51,311 nucleotides of DNA from Octopus bimaculoides. Its lineage: Eukaryota. Below are positions 11,431-24,128 of this stretch, one piece after another. Position 1 is the first letter of the stretch. Each line of letters opens with the position of its first letter. The stretch is from positions 28,672,671 to 28,723,981 of the forward strand of contig NC_068991.1 of the NCBI RefSeq assembly GCF_001194135.2, read 5' to 3'. The position numbers and the translations under genes were made by a program. The notes beneath the pieces are model-generated. The model did no database searches. It saw only the letters and a program-made list of their open reading frames with translations, and was not told the DNA's origin.

Positions 11431-12713
11431 CTTACACCTGGTACATCTCCTGATATAAACAAAAAACAATGTCTGGAAGATGTACAATGTAAGGGTGCCT
11501 TTGATTCAAGTCTGATGAAGTGCCACTCTAATGTCTAAAACTGCAAACATTATATAAATTTCCGCTTTGAATTTTTGCATAAGCTGGTATTGCAAGCAGA
11601 GTTGGTACAGAAAAAAATGTAATGAGTCATTAAAGATGTGTTACGGAATTTCTTTGATTTTATTATTTGGATTGTGTGTAGATATATGTATATATACACA
11701 CATATAGATATAACAAGGTGTTCAGGCTAAATTTGACAATTGCATAAAAGGAAAAGAAAACTCAATAACCCATCCAAAAATAAAAGTATTTTAAAACATC
11801 GAAAAATATCCACTAGATTACAGCATGGCAATAGCAATTTACTCAAAGAAGGTATCCTCAGCTTCCAATATGGCCTTAAGACAGCTCTGGAACACACATA
11901 CATACTCACGCATGTATATATTTGTGTGTGTGTGTATTTATGAGCTATGTCAGTATTAAGAAACCAGAAACAATTATACAAAGATTGGATAGCAATGTAT
12001 GTTATGTAGAGAACACAGCATATTAAAATTATTTTTGTTGCCTTCATCATCATCATCATCACTCTCTCCATTATCATAATTTTCATTAAAATCATTTTCA
12101 TTACCATCATCATCACCATTGTCATAGGCATTCTCATTGTGTCTGTCATCATCATTGCCACTTATACCTTCTCCACTGTTGTCACCATCTTCAGCTCAGT
12201 AAGTAAAACACTACTTTGAGAACAGAAAAATAATGAGATGTAAGATAAATCAACAATAGGAGCAGGCATAGATGTGTGGTTGAGAAGATTGCTGTGTAAT
12301 TACATAGCTTTGGATTCAATCCTACTTTACAACACTTAGCACAAATGTCTTGTCTGTAACCTAAGGTTGAACAAAATCTTGTGAGTGAAATTTGGTGGAC
12401 AGAAACTGTGTGGAAACTCATCAGAAAGATTGTTCTTGGTCTTGGGTTGTAGAATTAATTCTTTGCCTACTTTAATGCCACCATTGACTCTTAGGTGACC
12501 ATCTTTAGCAGAGTCTGGAGTCTACTCTGTCACAATGATCTAGACCAGGTTTCCAGTCAGAGAATAACTTCCTCCTCGCCCCCCCCCCCCCATTCTCGGA
12601 GACTCTCCCTCCTCTAATTTAACAATTAAAAATAACTAAGAATTATCCTAAATCAATACTGTCAGCCATCGTTAACATTATTAATGGCAGCAAACATTTT
12701 TATTCTCTTCCAG

Positions 12714-12971
12714 ATCTGGGAATCTTGTTCTGACTCCTTCTTGACCTTTAACCAGCCTGACCTCTCTGATGAACTTGCTTTTGTTGTCGAGAATGATGTC
12801 CTTCTAGAAGCCCTGCGGACAAAACTGGAAGAGGTCAGCGAGAGAGTTGAAGTGTTGTATGAAAGCAAAGCTACCAAAATAGAGCTCCCTAAACCATCAA
12901 CTGATTCGGCATCAAAATCCTTAGTCAGCATCACTTTGAACAATGGAAAAGTTCTTCGTACAAACCTTTTG
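12714..12971 (+). CDS. COQ6: COQ6 exon 4
   Basis: ctcttccAG acceptor; IWESCSDSFLTF...AFVVENDVLLEAL...VLRTNLL; GTAAGT donor; 258 nt. Confidence 0.95.
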
Positions 12972-13237
12972 GTAAGTAGGAGTGGCTATAGCTGTTTTGT
13001 ATTTATACCTATCACCACCACCACCACTATTCATTAAACATCTAAAATCTCCATCTTTGAGCCACTTTTAACATTTACACTATGTTTCAATTGATTTGTA
13101 TTATGTTTATGTACGTCTCTTTGGACATGTACATAATATCTCATTGAATTTATACAAAGAACACTTACTTTAAATACAAAATACAAAATGACTGATAGTT
13201 AGCAAGGTGGGACACACATAAGAAAGAAGAAAGCAAA

Positions 13238-13282
13238 GGACCACTGATGAGGTCACAGAAGTGTGACGAAAAAACTCTGGCC
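13238..13282 (+). ncRNA. Minimal hammerhead-ribozyme-like motif
   Basis: GGACCA-CUGAUGA-G-GUCAC(AGAAGU)GUGAC-GAAA-AAA-CUC-UGGCC. Perfect stem II, 5/6 stem I, degenerate stem III; followed by a (TGTAA)n tail. Confidence 0.6.
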
Positions 13283-13738
13283 GAAATAGGATTAATGTAA
13301 TGTAATGTAATATAAAACTGAAGCAAATTAGCACCAAATATACAGTGCGTGTGTTTTTATTAGCTAAACTGGCAATATGACTATCCCCAAATACAACAAC
13401 TTACTTTAAGCTAATAGTAAAAACATTCTTATCTGCCACACCACCAAAGCACTTTTATGTATCAAGGATTAAGATAGGCAATATGATCGGATATCAAACT
13501 GACCAAAACGGTGTTGTTGTTGTTGACATTGGTGTTGTTGTTGTTTTTTAAATCAGATTTACAAACCAAACCTGATATTGAAATATAAAGCATGAACCCA
13601 ATACGAATCAAGCTCTCATCTATTTAGCACCATGCCAATAAGTCCAATATTTACTTACATCTCACCCAGTACATCTGAAATCACTTCATTTATATTTATG
13701 TTTTATTTCATTTATTTTTATTCCCTTTCTTTCCACAG

Positions 13739-13846
13739 ATTGGAGCTGATGGCAGCAACTCAGTTGTACGTAAAAGCTGTAACTTCCCCTCTGTAAAATG
13801 GGACTATAACCAGGCTGGTGTAGTTGCAACTCTATCTCTGTCAGAG
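13739..13846 (+). CDS. COQ6: COQ6 exon 5 (DG motif)
   Basis: ttccacAG acceptor; IGADGSNSVVRKSCNFPSVKWDYNQAGVVATLSLSE; weak GTTAAC donor; 108 nt. Confidence 0.95.
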
Positions 13847-15712
13847 GTTAACTTTATTATTCTTTTTATTTCACTTTAATTTTATTGTGGATTTTTGAAT
13901 GGTTATCAATAGTAACGTTTGTTTGATTAATTACAATAGAGACATAATTGATGAGGTCTGTGGAAGAGACCTGACACTGTTGGTAGTCACAGAGAACATA
14001 AATGAAGATGTCGTGTACAGACTGTGTTGTACTATATGTATCCTTATTATTGTGTATAGTTATTCTGTACCATACACCTAGTTATGTGTACATATATATA
14101 TATGATGGTTACTGTATTAGAAATAGATATTGTATAGAGATTCTGTATACCTTCCATTTGTAGTGTACAAATTGTATTGTACTGTACACATTCTTATTAT
14201 TGTGTACAGATATAATGTACTGTACACCTCAATATTATGTAGAAATACTATACACTTAGCATTTTTTGTGTACAGATATTGTACACTTCCAGGTTGTAGT
14301 GTACAGATGTATACTGGCAGAATTGTTAGCATGCTTGACTAAATGCTTAGTGACATTACCTTTGTCTTTAGGTTTTAAGTTCAAATTCAGCCAAAGTCAA
14401 CTTAGCCTTTCATCCTTTCAGGATCAGTAAAGTAAGTACCAGTTGAACACAAGGGTCCATGTAATCAATTTATCCCTCCCCACGAAATTGCTAGCCTTGT
14501 GCCAAAATTTGAGATCTGCTTTTCTATACTGATGTACTCTACTGCATTTGTTTCAGTTGTCAGTAGAGGTAAAAGGATGTGAAAAAATTAGGCCAGGGTT
14601 ATTTATGGTGGCAGTGGTCATAGTTATAGTGATACTGACAATGGGGGAGGTGGTAGCAGTGGCTGTAGAAGCAGCAGCAGCAGTTGTCATCATGGTGGTA
14701 GTGGTGGCTGTTATAGTGATGGTGATGAATTCTTTTTTTCCATTTCATAAATTTAAATTTTACTAGAATTTTATTTTGTAAGAATTTGATAAATTTCAAA
14801 TCTCAGACAAGTTTCTCTTCTCAATATTACATCTGAACAACCTGAGATTAGAACTGCTATCTATTGTATCTATCTATCTAGATAATCACTCTATACCTCA
14901 TATAATTCCTCACAGCACATTGTAGTGTGCAGTATAGTTCTCAGCCAGAATGTGGTGATGGCGGTACATTGTATGTGGAATTTTATATCAATGTGTTGCA
15001 CCTCATTTGACTTGTAACCTGCACTCCAGAATTTTCTCTGGTCAGAGCTGATTTGGGGCTTCAAAACAACAGTAATAACTATATCCTCTCCCCATATTTA
15101 CACAATTCTTTGCACATTCTGCAATATTTTCAATTAACATCAGTCGTAAAGCAGCAAATTGTTGGAATTGTTGGAGTATCAAATAAACTGTATTATGGTC
15201 TTTCATCCTTTTTGGGTCAATAGAAAAAAGTACCAATCCAAGATTGCGGAACTGTAAGAATGTAGGATCAGATACTTTGTGGTATTTGTTCCAGCTCTTT
15301 TCATTCTGAGTTGATGTGGTCTAGTTGGGTAGCAGACTTGTTCTTTTACCCAATTTAACACCACCACGTGGCATCTTAGGTACCTCTAATGAACTCCACT
15401 CTGTTGCAAGTATCTGGTGCAGGTCTCTAATTTGAGGATACCTTCTCACCTTGAATGCCTGAGTAGCTTCATCAGAACCTCAAATAACAGATACAGCTGT
15501 AAGATAATGAAGTTCATAAGATAATCATTTATTCCTTTGTCATCTCATTTTCTTTTTATCACTCTGTACTTAACAGGCACTTCATTCTGAAGCATAAGTA
15601 TGTTGGGTTCTACACCAGGCTACTAGTCTTGCAATGCCTAAGTGAAATGTTAAAATATGTGTGTGTGTATAAAACACTATAACAGATATATATTCTGTTT
15701 CATATATTACAG

Positions 15713-15775
15713 CCAACAGAAAACAATGTTGCTTGGCAACGTTTCTTACCTTCTGGACCAATTGCTATATTACCT
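15713..15775 (+). CDS. COQ6: COQ6 exon 6
   Basis: [21 protein letters not shown]; AG...GTAAGT; 63 nt. Confidence 0.96.
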
Positions 15776-16454
15776 GTAAGTAATACATTTACTTTCTGTT
15801 ATGTTGCAATATGCATGAATGAATCTGCTAATGTTGTATAGTTCATAGCTCTTCACAGCATCCATCCATTATCAATCACTGTTACCTGTAACTGTTTTAC
15901 CCAGCCATAGCAATCATTTTAAACACTGTTATCTCCTAATACTCCACATAATCACCAGGTTATATTTGTTAGTTGTTACCACTGAGTAGTAATAGTTACC
16001 ATATAGTCTAGCTACCCTTTCATACACTGTCACCAGAGTACATCTGTTAATAGTTAATATTGAGCAGTAATAGGGGTAGGCATGGTTGTGTGATAAGAAG
16101 TTTGTTTCCCAATCACATGGTCTTGGGTTCAGTCACACTGCATGATATGTAAGGCAGGTGTCTTCTACTATAGCCCCAGGCCAACTAAAGCCTTATGAAT
16201 GGATTTAGTAGACAGAAACTGAAAGAAGCTTGTCGTCTATATATGTGCGTGCGTGTGTGTGTTACTGTCTCCTTCCCTTGATTTCATGTGATAGTTGTAT
16301 ACAAATATCACTATTATTCAACTGCTCTTTGTTTCCAATCTTCCATGGAAACCTATTTGGCATGGAGAATATTACCTTTCTTGGAAACAGGTCAGGGTTG
16401 ACAACAGGAAAGGCATCCAGCTTTAGAAAATCTGCCTCAACAAATTCTGCCCAA

Positions 16455-17592
16455 TATAGTGATGGGATTGGTAGTATGGGCATATCTCTTGCAGAGAAAT
16501 AGGTGGATAAGGTACTAGAGATAGTCAGAGTGAGCAATAGAGTGCTTAAGCTCAGGCTAGTCTTGCGGAATAGCATAGCATCAATTATCTCTGCCTATGT
16601 CCCACAAGTGGGCCTATCAATTGAACAGAAGGACTATTTTTATGATATTCTTCTGCAGGCTACCTCTAAGACTAATGACAAGGATCTCATCTTCATTGCT
16701 GGGGATTTCAATGGGCATGTCAGATGGTGGTCAAGTATTTCCCATGATGTACATAGGGGCCATGGAATTGGTTCCTGAAATGAAGAGGGAACAAGGCTAC
16801 TGGAGTTCTGTAATGCAAATAACCTATTGATCTTCAGCACCAACTTCAAGAACCCAACCAGCCACTTGATAACCTACCAATCAGATGGCTACGCTAACCA
16901 GATCAATTACATTCTCACCAGGCCACGGAATGCATGGCTGCTCTTAAATACGAAGACCCTCCTTGGTAAAGAATGTATCCCCCAGCACAGACTAGTCATC
17001 AGTGACTTTAGACTCTAGGGCAGAATGATGCCAAGAAGCAGACCAATCTGGAAAAGAAGGATTTGGAAGCTTAAAGACCCTTCACATGGTCAGAGGTTTA
17101 GGGACATCCCAGTTGAGAAATTTGATGAGATGGAGGAGGAGCTACATAGAGGACAACTTGTGACATAGAGGACAACTTGGAACACTTGTGGGACAACTTG
17201 CTGAGTGCCACAGACCAAATCTGTGGATGGTGCAAAATCCCAACCAGACTTATGGTAATGCGGTGGTGTAATATTGCCTTGGATAGGGCCATTAGAGCAA
17301 AGAAACAGGCCTGGAAGAGTTGGGGTAGCAGGGAGCTCTGTATCAGATGACCAGAAGGAAAGCTAGGTGACAGGTATATCTAGCCAAGGGAAAAGCAGAA
17401 AAGAAGAAGTTTGCCTATGTTCAGCAACGTGAGGACCAAAGAATTGAAATGTTCCACATTGCAAAACTGTGTGAGAGAAAATTGTGAAGTCAGGAGAAAG
17501 AAATGTGTCCGCATGGATGATAGTGCACTTTCATTTAGTGATTCTGCAAAGAAAGAGGCTTGGAAATGCCATTATGAAAGATGGCTGAACGT
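16455..17592 (+). mobile_element. Decayed RTE-type non-LTR retrotransposon, APE endonuclease region
   Basis: IISAYVPQVG...LIFIAGDFNGHV...NEEGTRLLEFCNANNLLIFSTNF...QINYILTR...QHRLVISDF, interrupted by stops and frameshifts. Confidence 0.88.
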
Positions 17593-18481
17593 GGAGAGTC
17601 AGCTCCAGTTTCGAGCATAGAAAAGCAAAATTTAGACCACAGCAATGATGAAGAAGAATTTTTTTCCATGATAACTGCAGTGAATTTACCTTTAGAAGTT
17701 AAAATATGTCACAAACATATTTTAAGTAATTGTTTGTTTATTCCTAATCACTAATTGGCACTGATGCTGTTATATTTATCCTGACCAGGCAGTCAAATAG
17801 TACAACTCAGTCAATGATGTTAACTGTTTTTTTTAGTTGAAGCTATGGCTTTAAATCTGTCCAAGGTTATCTCTCTTTGTTATTTCCCATTGAGGAAGAC
17901 TGGAGCCAGAAACAGCTGAATGGGATTCCAATAGGGGGAAGCACTGGGCAGATATAGTATTTTTACGCTTTTTACCATAGGAGAGGGTTTTATTCTTTCT
18001 GGTAACTGCAGTGAATTTGCCTTTAGAAGTTAAAATATCTCACAAACATATTTTAACTAACCTAAAATTCTTTTAACTGTGTTTTAGTTTTTTTCTCTAT
18101 TTTTGTCTTATTTTCATGTTTCTTGCATGATTTAACAATAAACTTCTTAAATCTATCCTCATAGTTTCTACACTAGTATATATATATATATATATATATN
18201 NNNNNNNNNNNNNNNNNNNNNNNNNNNNNNNNNNNNNNNNNNNNNNNNNNNNNNNNNNNNNNNNNNNNNNNNNNNNNNNNNNNNNNNNNNNNNNNNNNNN
18301 NNNNNNNNNNNNNNNNNNNNNNNNNNNNNTTGTGTATATGTGTGTGTTTGTGTGTATATGTTTCACTCCCTCCCAGCCCTGCCCCTATACTCTATCCATC
18401 TCTGTCACTGTACATCACTCTCTCTTTCCCCCACCCCTTTCTCATCCAACATCATATACATATTTTCTGAACTACCTTCAG

Positions 18482-18692
18482 ATTTACATTATTTACATTT
18501 AACGGATACTTGTCCTCATCTTGTTTGTTGTTAACACAACGTTTCGGCTGATATACCCTCCAGCCTTCATTTGGGGTCTTAGGGAAATTTTGAACCAAGA
18601 CACCTGATGAAGGCTGGAGGGTATATCAGCTGAAACATGTTAACAACAAACAAGATGAGGACAAATATCCATCAAATGTAAATAATGTAAAT
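18482..18692. repeat. Long inverted repeat (~98 bp arms)
   Basis: atttacattatttacattt...ccagccttcat versus atgaaggctgg...aaatgtaaataatgtaaat. Confidence 0.9.
18599..18641 (+). ncRNA. Minimal hammerhead-ribozyme-like motif (right arm of palindrome; mirror copy at 18533-18577 minus)
   Basis: GACAC-CUGAUGA-A-GGCUG(GAGGGUAUAU)CAGCU-GAAAC-AU-GUU. The mirror copy supplies GAAAC-GUU-GUGUU, which pairs with GACAC. Confidence 0.6.
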
Positions 18693-19356
18693 TATGTATA
18701 TGATTCCTCATCTCTTAAATATAGAACTGTATTACCTACAGATTTGTTACACTGCTGCTCTCCCTCCTTCCTGTACTGTCACTTATCACCTCCTCTCCTC
18801 TGAGCCACTCCTATTCTTTCACCTTCATACTCATATTTACCATTGACTACACCTCACCACTTCTTTTCACTACATTCACCTCTATACCCATCTCTAACCA
18901 TTTGTCACTCGCCTCTCACACTCTAACGAACTTATCCACCCATCCTACTCAATTCTTTGACCGTTAAGAAAGTATCTCAAAATACCTTCTTATATCCTAA
19001 GAATACACTTTGACACTTCATCACCTCCAATGTTGTCTTCTTTCCAGCTATTCCCCCACTACTGTTATATAACGTCTTGTTATATAACAAGACATATGTT
19101 CCTTGTTCCTCTATCATCTTTTAGCCTCTGAAGACCTGGCATAGTGCCAACTCCCTCTCTAGCATAACCCCACTCAGCTGAGGGTCTTTTGCAAATTATT
19201 TGGTGACCTCACAAATGTTGGTGTCCCAGAAAAGGCACCAGAAGCCTAACCAAAGCAGACATTGAAGCTCAGTGCAGTCTGCTTGCTCATTGGATTCTGT
19301 CAAACCATCCATAAATTGAGTTATTGACTTGCTTCTTTCTATCTTCCATCCAACAG

Positions 19357-19464
19357 CTATCAAAGAAAGAAAGTTCTCTTGTTTGGAGCACCAGCCATGA
19401 ACATGCCAAAGAATTGGTCTCCATGGATGCTGACACATTTGTTGATGCAGTCAATAATGCTTTG
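19357..19464 (+). CDS. COQ6: COQ6 exon 7
   Basis: [36 protein letters not shown]; AG...GTAAGT; 108 nt. Confidence 0.96.
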
Positions 19465-19823
19465 GTAAGTAAACACTGCTGATTCCATAATTGTAACACT
19501 GATATGAACATATCAGTGAAGACTATGACAGTTCATATTTCTTATTTTATCCACTTGTGTGTGTCTTAATATGTGGAGAGATCCAAGCGTGTCTTGATAG
19601 CAATTTTTAAATATATACTTATATAAATATATCAAGATGCAGGGATGGCTGTGTGGTAAGGAGTTTGCTTCCCAGCCACATGGTTTTGACTTCAGTCCCA
19701 CTACATGGCACCTTGGGCAAATGTCTTCTACTATAGTCTCAGACCAACCAAAGCCTTTGAGTGGATTTGGTCTGCAGAAACTGAAAGAAGCCTGTTGTAT
19801 ATCTATCTATCTATCTATCTATC

Positions 19824-19855
<32 letters not shown>

Positions 19856-19859
19856 CAAA

Positions 19860-20190
19860 TAATATATGAGTATATGCATATATACGTACATATATGTACA
19901 TACCTATATCTACATGTATGTATAGATGCATATCTGGGTACAGGACGTTGCAAAAAAAACGTGGACAAAATGATAAACGGAGTACAGAAAACACACAGGC
20001 CACATGGAGAACATTTCCTTCATCAGCTGCCACCATTCTAAAACTAAGGGAGAATTCACAAAAAAACAACAGACGAAGACAGGTGGTATATAAAACAAGC
20101 AGATGTATTAGTATAACGCTCGCGAAGTGAAAAAGTCTAACATTTCAAGCCTATGCTCTTCCGCAGAAAGGAACACAGAAAGAAACAAAG
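19860..20190 (-). mobile_element. Penelope-type LTR-like repeat
   Basis: Shares gatgcatatc.gggta.aggac..tg with 1060-1200 and, reverse-complemented, with 33660-33830; carries the degenerate hammerhead-like motif. Confidence 0.5.
20135..20170 (-). ncRNA. Degenerate hammerhead-like variant in a Penelope-type LTR-like repeat
   Basis: CUUU-CUGCGGA-A-GAGC(AUAG)GCUU-GAAA-UG-UU-AGA. The core has A6->C and CpG-type decay. Confidence 0.35.
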
Positions 20191-20999
20191 AGAGAGAAAA
20201 AATGTGTGTAGTGGTTAGCAATCTATCATGGCCCTTATATGTCTGTGTTTGTCCTCCATCACTGCTTGACAACCAGTGTTGGTATGTTTATGTCCCTGTA
20301 ACTGAAAGATTCAGCCAAAAAAAAAAACAATACCATGCTTTAACAAATTAAGCCCTGTGGTTGATTCATTCAACTAAAATTCTTCAAGGTGGTGCCCCTG
20401 CATGGCCATAGTCTGGTGACTGAATTAAATAAAAGAATAGAAGAAAAAATATTATATATTATGTGTGTGTGAGTCTGTGTATGCAGGTGTGGTTGTGAGG
20501 TGCAGATGTGGCTAAGTATTGGCACAAGTATGGCTGTCTGGTTAAGAGGTTTGCTTCACAACCATGTGGTTTTCAGTTCAGTCCTACTGCAAAGCACCTT
20601 GGGAAAATGTCTCCTACTATATCCCAGGGCTGACCAAAACCTTGTGAGTGAAGCAAATAAAAGAATAAAAAAACAAGGAAAGAGGCTGAGTGAAATAGAG
20701 ATAATAATGGTGGCCTGGCCGAACTAGCGTGCGCAAGCATGTGTATGTATGTGAGAATGGTGTGTGAGTGTGTATGTGGGAATGGGGAGTGAGTTCATGT
20801 GAATGTATGTGTGGGTGAGCTTGAAATTATGTAGGCCTATGTGTGTGCATTTATAAATAACCTAGTGCATACATTTTGTCGAGTGGTGGTGTGCGTTTCA
20901 TGTGCTGATGTGTATGTGTGTGTCGTCGTCGTCGTCATCGTCGTCGTTTAACGTCCGCTTTCCATGCTAGCATGGGTTGGACGATTTGACTGAGGACTG

Positions 21000-22470
21000 G
21001 TGATATGTGTATTGATATGTGTACATATGTGTGTGTGCAAACGCATGGGCCTATTTGTGTGTGGTGTGGGTACTGAGTTAGGCTGTATACAGATGTGGGG
21101 GTGAAGGAGAAGGGTAGTTGAAGGTGGGAGGTATGTGGGAATCTGTGTAGGGTTGGTGTTAGATGAAGAGAGTTGGCAAATTAAGGCCATAAGGAGCAAA
21201 GGAATGAAGGGAGAAGATTAATTCCTGTTCAAGGCAAAGGTGGTAGTTCAGGTGGCTCCTGTGCAGAGACAGTCCAAACACAGACATATGTTGCAGCACA
21301 TGACCAGTGGAGGAGAAGTGGCACAGGACCAGGTTGTCATTGCTGAGTCTGATGTCTCAGAGGTGCTCAATGAACTGGTGGCCAAGTGGCATCCCATTTG
21401 ACCCATGTACAGTGAAGGACAGAGAGAGCAGGCAATGCAGTAGATAAGTAGATAACATTGCTGGAGATGTAGGTAAAAGAGCCAGTGATGTGATAGGGGC
21501 AGTGGTGGGTGCTGGTGAGGATAGTGGTGTTGGAGAGGTAGAGGCAGGTGTGACAGTATGGGCAAGAGCAGGGGAAGGAGCCAGGAGTAGGGAAGAAACT
21601 GTGGGACTAGGAAGTCACACAGGTTATGGGTGCATATGAAGGAGGGAAGGTGGGGGGTCGGGCTGGAGTCAACGAAAGGCTCAGAGAATAGTGTGTTGGA
21701 GGGATGGTAGGTGAGGAGAAACAGGAGGCGGGTAAGCATGGGATAGCTGTAGGGAGAGGGAGAGTAGAGGCACAGTCAACAGATCTTGCCCAAGCAAGGG
21801 CAGTTGGGATAATGGTGAGGGGATATCAATGTAGGGTGAAGTGGCAAGTCATGAGTTGAGACTGGGTCTCAAAATCATGACCATCACTGCAGAACTGACA
21901 TAGACAGAGGAACTGGGAATGGGGGATGGAGAGCTTGGTGTGGTTAGGGTGGGAGGAGGAGAAGTTGAAGTAGGAGTGTAAGTCTTTGTGTTTGTAGTGG
22001 GTGGAGGTGGTAAGAGCAGAGTGGGCTATACTAATGGAAATGTCTAGAAATTCAACAGAGGTGTTGGAGAGAGTACAGGAGAATTCGAGGGCTGGATGGA
22101 AGGACTGGATGAAGCAGAGGAAGGAGTCAAGATGTTTTCAAAGTTATGAGGTTGCACTAATACAGTTGTTAATAGTATGACCATGTAGCTCAGGAGTAGG
22201 GCCAGTGAACTGTGTGAATATTTGGGCCTCTACATAGCCTACGAGCAGAATTGCATAGTTGGGGCTCATTCTCATTCTCATAGCCACTACTGAGACCTGT
22301 TGGTAAAACTCCCCCGTAAATGAGAAGCAATTGTTGAAGGCGAGGACAAGTTCAGCCAAACAAAGAATTGTAGAGGTGTCGGGCTGAGGGTCTGGACAAA
22401 GGTCTAGAAAGTGTTTTAGTGTAAGGATACCTTCATTGTGCAGGATCACCATGTAAGAGATTTGATATAC
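21000..22470 (-). mobile_element. Decayed Penelope-like element (RT + GIY-YIG endonuclease)
   Basis: LKHFLDLCPDPQPDTSTILCLAELVLAFNN...FYQQVSVVAM..MSPNYAILLVGYVE (PLE RT), then HITGSFTYISSNVIY/CIACSLCPSLYMGQMG (GIY-YIG). Confidence 0.85.
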
Positions 22471-22744
22471 ATACATAGATACATCATCATCATCATCGTT
22501 TAACATCTGCCTTCCATGCTGGCATGGGTCAGACGGTTTGACTGGGGACCAGCAGGCCAGTAGGCTGCGCCAGGCTCCAATCTGATCTGGCAATGTTTCT
22601 ACAGCTGGATGTCCATCTTAACACCAACCACTCTGAGAGTGTAGCGGGTGCTTTTTATGTGCCACTGGCATGGGAGCCAGTCAGGCAGCACTGGCATCGA
22701 CCACATTCAAACAGTGCTTTTTACATGCCATATATATATATATA

Positions 22745-23300
22745 TCAGGTCATCCCATATGTTCTGTCTGAATTTTGAATAAAGAAAACAAGTGATTAAA
22801 TGTTATATTTGATTGAAATTTAATCATCATTGTACTTTTCCTGATTATCTATGACTTCCTTCCATCTATTTACAAGCTTTTTAATCCCATCAGTGTAAAA
22901 CTCTTTTGGTTTCAAAGTGAAGAACTCTGAAATGTCAGCTTCGACCTCCTCCTGGCTTGCGTAAGTTTTGTCCCCCAAATGATTCTGTAAACTACGAAAC
23001 AAATGGTAGTCTGAAGGAGCAAGGTTGGGAGAATAAGATAGATGAGGAATTTTTTCTTAACCAAGCTCTTCGATCTTCTGTGATGGGATCTTTGCAGTGT
23101 GGGGTCGCGCATTGTCCTGATGAAATATCGCTCCTTTTTGATTCACTAAAGTGGGTCTTTTTTCTTCAAAGCTTGGTTCAAATGCTCTAATTGCTGACAG
23201 TAGACTTGAGCATTGATTGTTGCATTAGGTGGTAATAATTCAAAGTGAATTACTCTTTTGCAATTCCACCAGATAGAGAGAAGAACCTTTTTTCCATGAA
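22745..23300 (-). mobile_element. Mariner transposase 3' part with one terminal inverted repeat
   Basis: KKVLLSIWWNCKRVIHFELLPPNATINAQVYCQQLEHL and FRSLQNHLGDKTYASQEEVEADISEFF..KPKEFYTDGIKKLVNRWKEVIDN; TA + TCAGGTCATCCC end at 22743-22756. Confidence 0.9.
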
Positions 23301-23555
23301 GTTCCCTTCTCGCTGGACTGGCTTCTGTGCAGGTGGCACGTAAAAAACACCATTTTGAGCATGGCCATTGCCAGTACCGCCTGACTGGCCCTCGTGCCGG
23401 TGGCACATAAAAGCACCCACTACACTCTCGTAGTGGTTGGCGTTAGGAAGGGCATCCAGCTGTAGAAACTCTGCCAGATCAGATTGGAGCCTGGTGCAGC
23501 CATCAGGTTCACCAGTCCTCAGTCAAATCGTCCAACCCACGCTAGCATGGAAAGC

Positions 23556-23630
<75 letters not shown>

Positions 23631-24128
23631 TCATACGCACACACACACATATGTATTTGTATATATACATACATATAATTTTCTTTTCTGTTGAAGATAC
23701 TTACAAGTGCACAGTTGTTCAATCAATTGAACAATCTATTCATTAAATTAAAGTGTGAAGTGGTTGAGTATTTCATAGACACATGTACACATTTACCCAG
23801 TATGACAAAATGTGACAAGCCTGAACTTTTGAATAACATAGAAGTCTATATGGTAGGCTTTGACACAATTTCCATCTGCTTAGTGGTTAAAAAGCAAACA
23901 ATTCATCCATGTGTGTGTGTATCTCTATGTTTTATGTTAATCACTTATCTCAGTGTATGTTTGTGTAGATTGTGTGCATGCGTGCTTCTCAGGTGTCTCT
24001 TAATTATTTCATTCTCTTTCTTCCTCACCTCACAATTCCCTCACACCCACACTCTCTCTTGCTCACTTCACATTCTTTCTCTTCCCCCTCTCTCTCTCCC
24101 TCTCTGACAGTTTTTATCTTTCTCTTAG

